Below are positions 52,619 through 62,976 of a stretch of 64,000 nt of DNA, piece by piece. The DNA lies in the NCBI GenBank assembly GCA_963812155.1, contig CAWETW010000004.1, positions 32,001 to 96,000 on the forward strand. The letters run 5' to 3'. A program made the translations under genes and the position numbers. A model generated the notes under the pieces. It worked only from the letters and a program-made list of their open reading frames with translations, was not told where the DNA came from and did no database searches. The DNA comes from Vulcanimicrobiota bacterium (GTDB lineage: Bacteria; Vulcanimicrobiota; Vulcanimicrobiia; Vulcanimicrobiales; Vulcanimicrobiaceae). Numbering within the stretch: position 1 is the stretch's first letter; each line of letters begins with the position of its first letter.

Positions 52619-54166
52619 CTACTCGCTGTCGACCGGCATATTCGAGGGCGGACGGCGCAGGAAATAGGCGCGATCGTGATTTTTATTTAACGGATTAATT
52701 TTCGTAAATGGACGCGGCTTCTGCGCGAAATTGAATGCGTCGACGATGTTGTGCGCGCGAACGTCGGTCGTGCCGAGACTGGGCAGTCCGAAAGTTTGCT
52801 CGACGAACTTCAGAATACTGCCGAACTCGTATTGCGTGTGATCGACATAGCCTTTCTTGGCGTACGGCGACACGACGATCATCGGCACGCGGAATCCAAG
52901 ACCCTGGTAATCCAGCTGCGGCGGCGGAACGTGGTCGTAGAACCCGCCCCAATCGTCCCAGACGATGATAATTGCCGTCGACTTCCAATAGGAACTTTGT
53001 CCGATGGAGTTTACGACGCTGGCAACCCAATCCGGGCCGTTATCGATCTGCTTCAGCCCCGCTGGATACCCGTGATCGGAATCGACGCCGTCGGGTATCA
53101 CCCAAGACACTGCGGGCAGCACCACGGGACCGGTCGGATTCGGCGACGGACACGGACTAGCGGTCTTTCCCGCAATATCGCAGAGAACGTTGGTTTCCGG
53201 CCAGGATACGCAGCTCTGCGTGCACGTGAACGGTATCAACTTGTTCGGATACTCCGTGCCTTTTTCGGAATACACGGCCTTAATGGCTGCGAATGCATTC
53301 CATTCCTGGCCGTCGTTGTTGGGCCAGATCGGCACATAGTACTTCCACGAAACGCCCTTGGCGTCGAGGACGTCGCGCAACGTCGCGTATGCAAAACATG
53401 GATACGGACCCTGGCCGCCGAGATATTGCAGCGCGTTCGGCCTGCTCGACGTCGTGAGAAGCGACGTGACGTCGTGCGTCGCGGGGCAACCCCAAAGGCC
53501 ATTCGGACCGGGGTTGTCGACAATGGCCTGCGTGCTGTTGATGAGTGTATCGCCGCGAATAAGGTCTTGGTGCGCTGTAAAACTGCTGCTGGCTTGCGTC
53601 GTGAAGGTGCGATCGGCCAGCACGTATTGCGTTGCCATATCCCAATACGGCTGAATATGCTTTTCGGCGACGACGGAGTAGGGGTACGTTTTCGCCGGTA
53701 CGCCCTGTTGAATGAAGCCCTCCCAATAAAATCCATCGAGCTTACCGCCATCGTACGCCGTAATAAATGCGGGGCAATAGGTGTGGTCGATGTCGTAGTC
53801 GGGAAGCTTAGTGCCGAAGGTTATCGCAATAGGCGTCGGCGTTGGACCCGGGCTCGGCGACGGGTAGATCGACGGGCATGGACTCGGCGGGGTCGCCGTG
53901 CTGGGGGTAGTCGGCAAGGGCTGCGGACCTGGACCGGTCGCACTCTTCACGCAATCGGTTCCCGGAAAGCAGTCGAAGAAGTTGTCGAAGCTGCGGTTTT
54001 CCTGAACGATGATGACGACGTGTTTGATTTTTCCGCTGCTGCCGCTCGACGGATGCGTCGCGGGCAAAAACGAGAGGCTCGTTTGGCCGTTCGAACCTTG
54101 ACGCCCCGAACAACTCACGGTCGCAAACGCCGCCAGCAGAAGGATCGAAAGGATCCGAGTTTTCAC
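52619..54166 (-). CDS. Phosphoesterase / phospholipase C family lipoprotein (paralog 1)
   Basis: TVSC lipobox; [30 protein letters not shown] and [12 protein letters not shown] motifs. Confidence 0.9.
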   Translation of the reverse strand: MKTRILSILLLAAFATVSCSGRQGSNGQTSLSFLPATHPSSGSSGKIKHVVIIVQENRSFDNFFDCFPGTDCVKSATGPGPQPLPTTPSTATPPSPCPSIYPSPSPGPTPTPIAITFGTKLPDYDIDHTYCPAFITAYDGGKLDGFYWEGFIQQGVPAKTYPYSVVAEKHIQPYWDMATQYVLADRTFTTQASSSFTAHQDLIRGDTLINSTQAIVDNPGPNGLWGCPATHDVTSLLTTSSRPNALQYLGGQGPYPCFAYATLRDVLDAKGVSWKYYVPIWPNNDGQEWNAFAAIKAVYSEKGTEYPNKLIPFTCTQSCVSWPETNVLCDIAGKTASPCPSPNPTGPVVLPAVSWVIPDGVDSDHGYPAGLKQIDNGPDWVASVVNSIGQSSYWKSTAIIIVWDDWGGFYDHVPPPQLDYQGLGFRVPMIVVSPYAKKGYVDHTQYEFGSILKFVEQTFGLPSLGTTDVRAHNIVDAFNFAQKPRPFTKINPLNKNHDRAYFLRRPPSNMPVDSE

Positions 54167-54176
54167 GCTGACTCCG

Positions 54177-55727
54177 CTACTCGCTGTCGACCGGTTCGTT
54201 CGAGGGCGGCCGGCGCAGGAAATAGGCGCGATCGTGGCTCTTGTTCGATAACTGAATCGGCGTGAAGGCGCGCGGTTTCTGCCTGAAATTGAAGGCGTCG
54301 TTGATATTGTGCGCCCGAACGTCGGTCGTGCCGAGGCTCGGCAGGCCGAACGTCTCTTCGACGAACTTCAGCACGCTGCCGAACTCGTATTGCGTGTGCG
54401 CCACGTAGCCCTTTTTGGCGTACGGCGAAATGACGATCATCGGAACGCGAAACCCGAGACCGACGTAATCCATGTGCGGCGGCAGCACGTGGTCGTAGAA
54501 CCCGCCCCAGTCGTCCCATAGAACGATGATGGCGGTCGAATTCCAATACGAGCTCTGGCCGACCGCATTGACGACGTTGGCAACCCAATCCGGACCGCCG
54601 TCCACCATTTTACCGTTCACGAGGGCGTAATGATCGGAGTCCTCGTTGTCCGGAACCACCCAAGAAACGGCCGGCAGCGAAGCCGTCCCCGACGGGTACG
54701 GCGACGGACAGGGTCCCGAGGTCGAGCCGGCAATGTCGCAGAGCACGTTGGTTTGAGGCCAGGAGACGCAACTGCCCGCGCAATTCCACGCGGACTGTTT
54801 GTGCGGCCACTCGTCCTTGTCGTAGCGCACCGCCGATATCGCATCGAAGGCGTTCCACATCTGACCGCCGTCTTTGCCGAAGACCGGCACGTAGTATTTC
54901 CACGATATGCCCTTGGCATCGAGCAAATCGCGAAGCGTGGAGTATTCGAAACACGGAAACGGCCCTTCCATGACGTACTGGTGCGACGCCGTGAGGAGCG
55001 GCGTGTACGACGGGCCGTTCGGCGGACTCTTTGCGTCGTCGCATCCCCAGTTCTCGATGTTTTTCGCGTTCCACGGATAGTCGACCGTACTCTGCGTGTG
55101 ATTGATTTTCGTGCTCCCGCGAATCAAATCTTGATGCGCGGTGAAACTGCCGCTCGCTTCGGTCGGAAACATGCGGTCGGCGAGCACGTATTGCGTTGCC
55201 ATGTCCCAATACGGCTGGATCTGGTTCTTCGCGACGACGCGGTAGGGATAGAGCTGCGCCGGCTGCCCGAAGGCGACGCCGTCGTCCCAGTAAAATCCGT
55301 CGAGCTTTCCGCCGTCGTATTCGGTGACGAACGCCGGACAGTAGCTGTGATCGGGATCCAAGGCCGGAAGCGGCGCGCCGAACTTCAGTTTGATCGGCGT
55401 GGGCGTGGGGCCCGGGCTCGCCGTCGGAAACGACGCAGGACACGGGCTCGACGCCGTGTGCGGACCCGGTGACGGGCCCGGGCCCGCTGCGGTCTTCACG
55501 CAATCCGTTCCCGGAAAGCAATCGAAGAAATTATCGAAGCTGCGGTTCTCTTGCACGACGATGACGACGTGCTTGATTTTCCCGCGACTGTCGTTGAAGG
55601 GTTGAGCCACAGACAGAAACGGCAGCGCGCCGCTCATGCCGGTCGCGCTTGGTCCGCTTCCGGAACCGGAGCACGCCGCAAGCGCAAACGCGGCGGCGCA
55701 CGCCAGAGGAAAGACGAACCTGCGCAT
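54177..55727 (-). CDS. Phosphoesterase / phospholipase C family lipoprotein (paralog 2)
   Basis: LAAC lipobox; [16 protein letters not shown] and [11 protein letters not shown] motifs; ATG at 55727. Confidence 0.9.
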   Translation of the reverse strand: MRRFVFPLACAAAFALAACSGSGSGPSATGMSGALPFLSVAQPFNDSRGKIKHVVIVVQENRSFDNFFDCFPGTDCVKTAAGPGPSPGPHTASSPCPASFPTASPGPTPTPIKLKFGAPLPALDPDHSYCPAFVTEYDGGKLDGFYWDDGVAFGQPAQLYPYRVVAKNQIQPYWDMATQYVLADRMFPTEASGSFTAHQDLIRGSTKINHTQSTVDYPWNAKNIENWGCDDAKSPPNGPSYTPLLTASHQYVMEGPFPCFEYSTLRDLLDAKGISWKYYVPVFGKDGGQMWNAFDAISAVRYDKDEWPHKQSAWNCAGSCVSWPQTNVLCDIAGSTSGPCPSPYPSGTASLPAVSWVVPDNEDSDHYALVNGKMVDGGPDWVANVVNAVGQSSYWNSTAIIVLWDDWGGFYDHVLPPHMDYVGLGFRVPMIVISPYAKKGYVAHTQYEFGSVLKFVEETFGLPSLGTTDVRAHNINDAFNFRQKPRAFTPIQLSNKSHDRAYFLRRPPSNEPVDSE

Positions 55728-55816
55728 CCGCGAACGGTTTTCGTTTGCGCCGAGTCCGCCCTTCTCACCGCGCGATGAATCGGGCAAACGGTGACCGCCG
55801 TTAACTTCTGCGACGG

Positions 55817-56674
55817 TTACTTGTTCTTGAACTTCGCGACGCGCTTTTCGTTGTACGCCGCGAGGCCTTCTTTCGCGTCCTCGCTCTTGAAGAGCAGCGA
55901 TTGCAGCTCGCGCTCGATCGCGAGCGCGTCTTGGAGCGGAAGTTCCGAACCGGTTTGAACGCTGCGCTTGATGTGGCCGACCGCCATCGGCGCTTTGTTG
56001 GGCGAGCAGAATTGCTTCGCGTAGTCGAGCGCTTGCGCGCGAAACTCGTCGGCGTTGCCTTCGTAGATGTCGTTGACGACGCCCCAATCGAGGGCTTGCT
56101 CGAAACTGACGGTCTTTCCGGAAACCATGAGTTCGATGGCGCGCGATTTGCCGACGAGCCGCGAGAGGCGCTGCGTTCCACCGGTGCCGGGCAGCACGCC
56201 GAGCGCGACCTCCGGAAGCCCGATTTTGCCGGCATCCTGGCGCGCGATGCGAATGTCGGCAGCCATCGCGATCTCCAGACCGCCGCCGACGGTGTGACCG
56301 TTGAGCGCCGCGATGACGAGTTTCGGCGTCTGCTCGAGACGGCTGAGCGTCTCGTTGGCGTGCAGACAGAACATGTACTTGAATTCGGGCGTCACGGCGT
56401 TGAGCATGCCGATATTGGCGCCGGCGGAGAAGAACTTCTCGCCTTTGCCGGTCAGCACGATCACTTCGACGTCGGAGTCGAAGCGCGCATCGAGAATCGC
56501 GTCGTCGAGCTGACGCATCATCTCGTGGGTGTAGGTGTTCGCGGGCGGATCGTCCATCTCGATGACGCCGACGTGACCGTCTTTCCAAAAGTTGATCACG
56601 CGCTTGCCGTCGAACGGACGGGGCTCCCGTCCGAATGCGGTTTTGGCGGCGCCGTTCGCGGCCGTACTGCTCAT
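55817..56674 (-). CDS. Enoyl-CoA hydratase/isomerase family protein, resembling the N-terminal domain of BoxC
   Basis: [26 protein letters not shown] and [14 protein letters not shown] motifs; ATG overlaps the epoxidase stop. Confidence 0.85.
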   Translation of the reverse strand: MSSTAANGAAKTAFGREPRPFDGKRVINFWKDGHVGVIEMDDPPANTYTHEMMRQLDDAILDARFDSDVEVIVLTGKGEKFFSAGANIGMLNAVTPEFKYMFCLHANETLSRLEQTPKLVIAALNGHTVGGGLEIAMAADIRIARQDAGKIGLPEVALGVLPGTGGTQRLSRLVGKSRAIELMVSGKTVSFEQALDWGVVNDIYEGNADEFRAQALDYAKQFCSPNKAPMAVGHIKRSVQTGSELPLQDALAIERELQSLLFKSEDAKEGLAAYNEKRVAKFKNK

Positions 56675-57795
56675 GCCAGGTTTCCTTTCGGTGCGATCCA
56701 GTTGGGATTCTTGAAGTACTCGGCGAGTTTGGTGTCGTCTTGCGCGGTCGGCAGCACCGAGGGTGCATACGACTGCCACTCTTCTTCGGAGACCTTGCGG
56801 CCGTCGACCGTGTAACGCGCGGCGGCGTAGTCGCCGATCTTGCGGTTGAAGCGCATGTCGGGAACGTAGAGTTTCGTCTCGCCTGCGGCGACTTCGTTCA
56901 CGCGATTGACGGTCGTCGTGATCTCGTCGTGGAACTGCCGGCGCGCGCGTTCGTTGAGGTGCTCCTTGTCGACCGGGTCCGGCGTCTTGTCTTCGTCGAC
57001 GCGGCCCTTGATGCCCCAGGTGTAGGCCCACTGCGCCGAGCCCGAATGGTCGGTGCCGAAGAGATCGAGCGATCCCGAGATCCACTTGTTGTAATACTTC
57101 TGCTGAATCTCGGCGGGAATCACGCCCGCTTTGGCGATGCGTCGCAACCCGGTGATGCCGGTGCCCATGTGATACGCCTCTTCCTTGAGCATCGGTCCCA
57201 TCGAGGCCGCCAGCGGCGCGAAACTCGAGTGCGCGAGCATCGTGAGCTGAAACTTGCCGTCGCGGTCCATGAAGTTCGTGTAGGCGAAGAAATCCAGCCA
57301 GTGCGTCACGTCTTCGTTGAACGCGTTGAGCAACCGGTTCTTTTTTCCGAACGCCCGGCGCTCCAACAATTTCTGCGCTTCGATCTTTCCTTCGCTGCCG
57401 AACTGATCGACGAGCAAATGGCACATCTGATAGCCGTGCCGCGTCTCTTCGACCATGATGCGCACGAGCGACGCAAGATCGTATTCGCTCGGGGCGTTGT
57501 TGACGAGAAAGCGCTGCTGTTCGTTGGAGGCGAACTCGGTGTCGCCCTGATAGACGACCATGTTGAGCACGGCGTCGCGCATGCGCTGATCGGGAATCTC
57601 GCGCACCTTCTCCCATCGCCGATCGCCTTTGAAGTCGCCGAAGTAGATCTCGGGCGTCGGCAGTGCGCCGTACTTTGCCTCGAACGCGTAGCCGGGCATG
57701 AAGCGCTCGATCAGCTCGCGGTCGAGACCGATGTCGTGCTGCCATTCTTTGAGGAGGTCGATCCAGTCGTCGAAGGTGGAGATGCGAGCGGCCAT
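56671..57795 (-). CDS. BoxB-like aryl-CoA epoxidase (PaaA/PaaC/BoxB diiron family)
   Basis: [18 protein letters not shown] and EEAYH (two ExxH iron-ligand motifs), DRDGKFQL and LDLFG. Confidence 0.85.
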   Translation of the reverse strand: MAARISTFDDWIDLLKEWQHDIGLDRELIERFMPGYAFEAKYGALPTPEIYFGDFKGDRRWEKVREIPDQRMRDAVLNMVVYQGDTEFASNEQQRFLVNNAPSEYDLASLVRIMVEETRHGYQMCHLLVDQFGSEGKIEAQKLLERRAFGKKNRLLNAFNEDVTHWLDFFAYTNFMDRDGKFQLTMLAHSSFAPLAASMGPMLKEEAYHMGTGITGLRRIAKAGVIPAEIQQKYYNKWISGSLDLFGTDHSGSAQWAYTWGIKGRVDEDKTPDPVDKEHLNERARRQFHDEITTTVNRVNEVAAGETKLYVPDMRFNRKIGDYAAARYTVDGRKVSEEEWQSYAPSVLPTAQDDTKLAEYFKNPNWIAPKGNLA

Positions 57796-57833
57796 GCGAA
57801 CGTAAAACCCCGTTGTCAGTATGTGACGTATTT

Positions 57834-57862
57834 TTGACGTTTTGGTAGAATATTGTCATACT
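57834..57862 (+). promoter_or_regulatory. Putative sigma70 promoter of paaX, probably leaderless
   Basis: TTGACG(57834-57839)-N17-CATACT(57857-57862) with extended TG; ATG starts 7 nt after the -10. Confidence 0.6.
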
Positions 57863-57869
57863 AGAATCT

Positions 57870-58715
57870 ATGACGGCTCCTGTCAATGGGGAGCGGCGAC
57901 CGGTCGAGCGCCCCAATTCCTTTATCTTCACGCTCTATGGCGATCTGGTCCACCGTGGAGGGCAAGGCGAAGGCTCGCTTCCCGCCGGCGCGCTCATCGC
58001 GCTGATGGCCGCGTTCGGCGTCTCCGCCGCGGCCGTGCGCCAGGCGGTTTCGCGGCTCTCGCGGCAGGGCTGGCTGGCGGTGCGGCGCGAGGGAAACCGC
58101 GCCTTCTATTCCGTGACGCCGCGTGGGCGCCGTCGTATCGAAGAGTTGAGCCCCCGCATCTACGGACCGGTCATCGACTGGGACGGACGCTGGCGGATGC
58201 TCGTTTTCCCGAGCCGCGAACCCCGCGACGTCCGCGACCGGCTGCGGGCCGAGTTACGCGTCCTGGGCTGGGCGCCGCTCTCGACGACCACGTGGATTAC
58301 CCCGGGCGACTCGCTCGATGCGGCGCGCGCCGCCGTCACAGGCGGCGCTCTCCGCGAACCCGGACATTTTTTCGAAGGAACCTACCGGGGGCCGCTGAGC
58401 GATCGCGGTCTCGTGGAGCGATGCTGGAATTTAGAGGAGATCGCGGCCGCCTACCGCGCGTTCGCCGATCGCTATCGGCCGCGGCTGGCGCGCGAACGCG
58501 AAGGCGCCTGGATCGGCGACGAGGCGGCGTTCGTCGAGCGCCTGTGGCTCGTGCACGACTACCGTCGCTTCGCCTACCTCGACCCCGGTTTGCCGAGCGA
58601 ACTCGTTCCCGCGCATTGGCCGGGCACGACGGCCGCCGCCATTTTTCGCGAGTACTACGCGGCGCTCGAGCGCAAGTCGCTGCGCTTCTTCGAAACCAAG
58701 GCAAGCCGCAGGTAA
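57870..58715 (+). CDS. paaX: PaaX family transcriptional repressor
   Basis: SFIFTLYGD, AVRQAVSRL..GWL, WDGRW and DPGLPSELVPAHWPG motifs. Confidence 0.92.
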   Translation: MTAPVNGERRPVERPNSFIFTLYGDLVHRGGQGEGSLPAGALIALMAAFGVSAAAVRQAVSRLSRQGWLAVRREGNRAFYSVTPRGRRRIEELSPRIYGPVIDWDGRWRMLVFPSREPRDVRDRLRAELRVLGWAPLSTTTWITPGDSLDAARAAVTGGALREPGHFFEGTYRGPLSDRGLVERCWNLEEIAAAYRAFADRYRPRLAREREGAWIGDEAAFVERLWLVHDYRRFAYLDPGLPSELVPAHWPGTTAAAIFREYYAALERKSLRFFETKASRR

Positions 58716-58751
58716 CGGAGCGCGGCCCGGCGGCGTCGAACCGACCCGGCC

Positions 58752-59147
58752 ATGCCCAAAGCCGTCATCATTCTCTTCGCCGCGGCGTGTCTCGTGCTGG
58801 CCATTCCGGCGTGCAATAACAACAACGGCGGAAGCGTGTCACCGTCGCCGACGGTGTCGTTGACGCCGAATCCCTCGCTCACGGCCGCCACGATCTCGGT
58901 GACGCGGCTATCGACTCCCGCCGCTTACGTGACCGTACAGGAATCGACGCCGAAATCGTCCGCGAGCCCGCGTCCCGGCACGCCCTTTGCAACGCAAAAA
59001 ACCGGCAAGGACGGAATGACGAAGTTCAAAAATCTCAAACCAACGCAAACGTACTGTTGGGTCGCATTTCTCGGACCCAATCAGACCTCGTCTTCGTGCG
59101 CCGGCTGGGAAATCTGGCAGTTCCAAACGATCCCCCTCGGCACGTAG
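58752..59147 (+). CDS. Hypothetical lipoprotein
   Basis: IPAC lipobox, Ser/Pro-rich linker, small beta-rich domain with Cys residues. Confidence 0.7.
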   Translation: MPKAVIILFAAACLVLAIPACNNNNGGSVSPSPTVSLTPNPSLTAATISVTRLSTPAAYVTVQESTPKSSASPRPGTPFATQKTGKDGMTKFKNLKPTQTYCWVAFLGPNQTSSSCAGWEIWQFQTIPLGT

Positions 59148-59220
59148 AACTCCTCAAACTAACAACGCGATATCGCGCCGCAGATCACCTTCGGTGACGT
59201 GCAATGCGACGTCGCGGAGT

Positions 59221-59547
59221 TTAATCTTCGTCGTCTTGGAGATGGAGATGCGAACCGTCGTCGGCGTCCGACAGCACGTCGCGCGCTTCTGCGAGAACGG
59301 CAGTCGATAGCGGACGCTCCGGCGACTGCACCGATCCCTCCTCAGCGAGAAATCCCGTTTCGCTCCAATCTTCCCACGTTTCGAGCGGCTCGCCGTCGAG
59401 TTCCGCCGGAAACCGGACGCAGAAACCCTGTTCGACGTGCATGCCGACGACGAGCACGCGCGTGCCGCGCGGAAAATACGTACCGTCTTTCCACAGCGTG
59501 CCGTACGTCGCGTCGTAGTACTGGCCGATTTTGATCGCGTCTGCCAT
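59221..59547 (-). CDS. Hypothetical acidic protein
   Basis: Protein-like composition; AGGAGAAGAG purine-rich stretch upstream; directly follows the aldehyde dehydrogenase. Confidence 0.6.
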   Translation of the reverse strand: MADAIKIGQYYDATYGTLWKDGTYFPRGTRVLVVGMHVEQGFCVRFPAELDGEPLETWEDWSETGFLAEEGSVQSPERPLSTAVLAEARDVLSDADDGSHLHLQDDED

Positions 59548-59563
59548 CTTCAGGTCTCTTCTC

Positions 59564-61064
59564 CTATACCCTGAACGGGTCCATCGGTTTCTCTCCGACA
59601 TAGGTGAGGACGCTCTTGGTTTCGCTGTAGGCGGCCATCGTTTCCAGGCCGAGTTCGCGGCCGTATCCGGACTGCTTGTATCCGCCGAACGGCACGCCCG
59701 GAAAGATCGAATACGGCGTATTGATCGCGACGGTTCCGCTGCGAATCGCGCGCGCGACGCGGTTGGCGCGTCCGATATTCTGCGACCAGACGGTCGCCGC
59801 TAGGCCGAACGCGCTGTCGTTAGCCAGCGCGATCGCTTCGGCTTCGGTTTCGAAGCGCACGAACGTTGCAACCGGGCCGAAGATCTCTTCGCGTGCAACT
59901 CGATGATCGTTCGACGCTTCGAAAGCCGTGGGACTCCAAAACAACCCCTCGCGCAGCGCGTCGGTTGAGTTCCGGCGGCGAGCCGCCGAGGAGCACTTTG
60001 GCGCCTTCTCCAATACCGATCTCGCAGTACTCTTTGATTTTTTCGTATTGCTCGGGCATCGTAATCGCACCGACGTGCGTCGCAGGATCCTCCGGATCGC
60101 CGACGTTGAGTTTGCGCGCCTTTGCGACGAATGCTTCGAGGAATGCATCGTAGATGCCGGCTTGAATCAAGAAGCGCGAACGGGCATCGCACGCCTGACC
60201 GGCGTTGTAGAAAATGCTGTAGAGCGCTCCGGCGACGGCGGCATCGAGCGACGCATCGTCGAACACGACCGACGGCGATTTGCCGCCGAGTTCGAGCGTT
60301 ACGCGTTTGAGCGTCGCCGCTGCGGATGCCGCGACGACCTTGCCGGTGGCGGTCGATCCGGTGAACGCGATTTTGTCTACGCCGGGATGCTCCACCAGCC
60401 AGGCGCCGAGTTCGCGCCCCGAACCGGTCACGACGTTGAGCACGCCCTCGGGAACCCCGGCTTCCAGCGCAATCTTGCCCAGTTCGAGCGTAGTGAGCGG
60501 CGTCGACGGCGCCGGTTTCAGGACGACGGTGCAGCCGGCCGCCAGCGCCGGCGCCACTTTCCAAGCGGCCAGCAATAACGGGAAATTCCACGGGACGATC
60601 GCGCCGACCACGCCGACCGGTTCGCGAACGGTGTTGGCGAGATACGTCGGCAGCGGCGGCGGCATCGACTCGCCGTAGTTTTTCGTCGCTGCACCCGCAT
60701 AGAATTCGAAGCAGTCGACGATCGCGCCCAACTCGCCTTTCGCGGTCGAAATCGCTTTGCCGTTGTCGCGCACTTCGAGCAGCGTTAATTCCTGCGCGCG
60801 CTCGGCGATCAATTGCGCCATTTTGTAGACGATTTTCGCGCGTCGCGACGCCGCCATCGTCGCCCACTTCCCCGTGTCGAACGCTTTGCGCGCGCTTGCA
60901 ACGGCGGCGTCGAGATCGTCGCGGCCGGCTTCGGCGACGTCCGCTAGCATCGCGCCGGTCGCGGGATTGCGATCGGGGTAGAGTGCGCCGCCGCTTGCGT
61001 CGCGCCACGCGCCTCCGATGAGCAGCTGCGTGCGCGTGGGGACAGAACGTACCGTCGTGGTCAT
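59564..61064 (-). CDS. Aldehyde dehydrogenase, frameshift near 59960
   Basis: IVPWNFP, FTGST, LELGGKSP, NAGQAC (catalytic Cys), EEIFGPV and PFGGYKQSG motifs. Confidence 0.93.
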
Positions 61065-61076
61065 GGTAGAAACTCG

Positions 61077-62279
61077 TTACTCCATTCGCTCGAAGATGGT
61101 TGCGATGCCTTGTCCGACGCCGATGCACATCGTCGCCATTCCGTAGCGGCCTTTTCGACGCGCCAGTTCGTGCAGCAACGTCGTCGCGATGCGCGCGCCG
61201 CTGGCGCCGAGGGGATGGCCGAGGGCAATCGCGCCGCCGTTGACGTTCGTCTTCGCCGGGTCGAGTTCCAGCTCGCGCATGCAGGCGAGGGCCTGCGACG
61301 CGAACGCTTCATTGATCTCGATGAGGTCGAGGTCGGAAACCAGCACGTTTGCTTGCGCCAGCGCCTTGCGCGCAGCCGGAATCGGACCGAGCCCCATAAC
61401 GTCGGGCGCGACGCCGGCGGATGCGCACGCAATCACGCGCGCCATCGGCCTCAGGCCGAGCCGTTTCGCGGCCTCCGATTCTGCCAGCACGAGCGCGGCC
61501 GCACCGTCGTTGATGCCCGAGGAGTTGCCGGCGGTGACGGTTCCACCGGACGCAAATGCCGGTTTGAGCGTGGCGAGCGATTCCCGCGTCGTCTGCGGAC
61601 GCGGATGTTCGTCGGCCGTCACCTCGTGCGCACCGTTCTTACTTTCGACGCGAACCGAAACGAGTTCGTCCGCGAAGCACCCTGCCTCCACGGCATGCTT
61701 CGTCCGCATTTGCGATTCGAACGCGAACTCGTCTTGCGCTTCACGCGTCACGCCGCAACGGCGCGCGACTTCTTCGGCCGTTTCGCCGAGCGAGATCGTC
61801 CACTGCGGCGGCATCTTCGGATTGACCATGCGCCAGCCGAGCACGGTGTCGAACAGTTGCTGCCTGCGCCCGAACGGATCGTCGCTCTTCGGCAACACGT
61901 ACGGCGCGCGCGTCATCGATTCGACGCCGCCGGCGACCACGACGCTGGCCTCGCCGAAGGCGATCGCCTGCGCCGCCGAGTTGATCGCCTGCAGACTCGA
62001 GCCGCAGAGCCGGTTCACCGTCACACCGGGAATTTCAACCGGTAGTTCTGCCAGCAGCACGGCCATGCGCGCGACGTTGCGGTTGTCTTCACCGCTGTGG
62101 TTGGCCGCTCCGAAGTAGACGTCGTCGACGCATTCGGGCGGCACGCCGGCGCGATCGATCGCGGCGCGCAGCACGCGCGCGGCCAAGTCGTCGGGACGAA
62201 CGCTCGCGAGCGCTCCGCCGTAGCGCCCGATCGGCGTGCGCACCGCCTCGACGACCCACACGTCACGTCCGTGCGGCAT
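61077..62279 (-). CDS. paaJ: Thiolase (3-oxoadipyl-CoA thiolase, PaaJ/PcaF-like)
   Basis: GEDNRNVARMA, NRLCGSS, NEAFA, GHPLGASG and MCIGVGQG motifs. Confidence 0.88.
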   Translation of the reverse strand: MPHGRDVWVVEAVRTPIGRYGGALASVRPDDLAARVLRAAIDRAGVPPECVDDVYFGAANHSGEDNRNVARMAVLLAELPVEIPGVTVNRLCGSSLQAINSAAQAIAFGEASVVVAGGVESMTRAPYVLPKSDDPFGRRQQLFDTVLGWRMVNPKMPPQWTISLGETAEEVARRCGVTREAQDEFAFESQMRTKHAVEAGCFADELVSVRVESKNGAHEVTADEHPRPQTTRESLATLKPAFASGGTVTAGNSSGINDGAAALVLAESEAAKRLGLRPMARVIACASAGVAPDVMGLGPIPAARKALAQANVLVSDLDLIEINEAFASQALACMRELELDPAKTNVNGGAIALGHPLGASGARIATTLLHELARRKGRYGMATMCIGVGQGIATIFERME

Positions 62280-62976
62280 CGGCCTCCGCAGCGGCAGCGG
62301 CCGCTTCTTCTTCGACGTCGAGCACCCACAGCGAGCGATGCGGCGCGAACTCTTCACCTTCTTCAAGCGCAAGACGCTGCAAGATCCGCGCGACCCGGCG
62401 GCCGCCGATCTCGCGGCCCCACGCAATCGGCCCGATCGGATAGTTCGTGCCGAGCCGCATCGCTAAGTCGACGTCTTCGGCACTGGCAACGTCTTCTTGC
62501 ACGGCGGCCATCGCTTCGTTCACGATCGACCCGACGACGCGTCCCAGAAAAAGCGCCGGTACGTCTTCGACGAGTACGACGCCCTTGCCGAGCGATTCGA
62601 AAAACTCTTGCGCCAATGCGAGCGCATCGTCGGAAACGTCCTCCGAATCGACGATCTCGACGGCGCCCTGGCCGTCGAGCGACGCCAGGACGCCGTATCC
62701 GACGAGCCGCTCGGGATGGCGCATGCGACGCGCGCACGCGGCAAGATCGGTCGCGTAGGCATCGACGAAGAACACCGTCTCTTCGCCGAGGAGACCGTCG
62801 AGCTCGGCGATGACCTCGCCGCGGTCGCTCGATCCGTCGCCGACGTCGACGACGATCGTTGCGTCGAGCGAGATTTCGTCGAGCAACTCGTCGCGTTCGA
62901 CGCGCGCCACCTGCGCATAACGCTGTCCCGCGCGTTGGGCGATGTCTTCGGCAAGACCGCCGAACCCGACGATCAC
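62263..62976 (-). CDS. paaH: 3-hydroxyacyl-CoA dehydrogenase, C-terminal half (PaaH-like)
   Basis: IVNEA and DVDLAMRLGTNYPIGP motifs; may be the frameshifted continuation of the upstream ORF. Confidence 0.8.
   Translation of the reverse strand: MIVGFGGLAEDIAQRAGQRYAQVARVERDELLDEISLDATIVVDVGDGSSDRGEVIAELDGLLGEETVFFVDAYATDLAACARRMRHPERLVGYGVLASLDGQGAVEIVDSEDVSDDALALAQEFFESLGKGVVLVEDVPALFLGRVVGSIVNEAMAAVQEDVASAEDVDLAMRLGTNYPIGPIAWGREIGGRRVARILQRLALEEGEEFAPHRSLWVLDVEEEAAAAAAEADAART

Noticed and set aside
54177..57931. 863-aa and 704-aa ORFs suggesting fusion proteins
   Set aside because: The N-terminal parts are off-frame reads of adjacent genes in GC-rich DNA; real starts are at 55727 and 56674.
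58814..58827. AAT/AAC triplet run as a microsatellite
   Set aside because: It simply encodes four Asn residues after the lipoprotein Cys.
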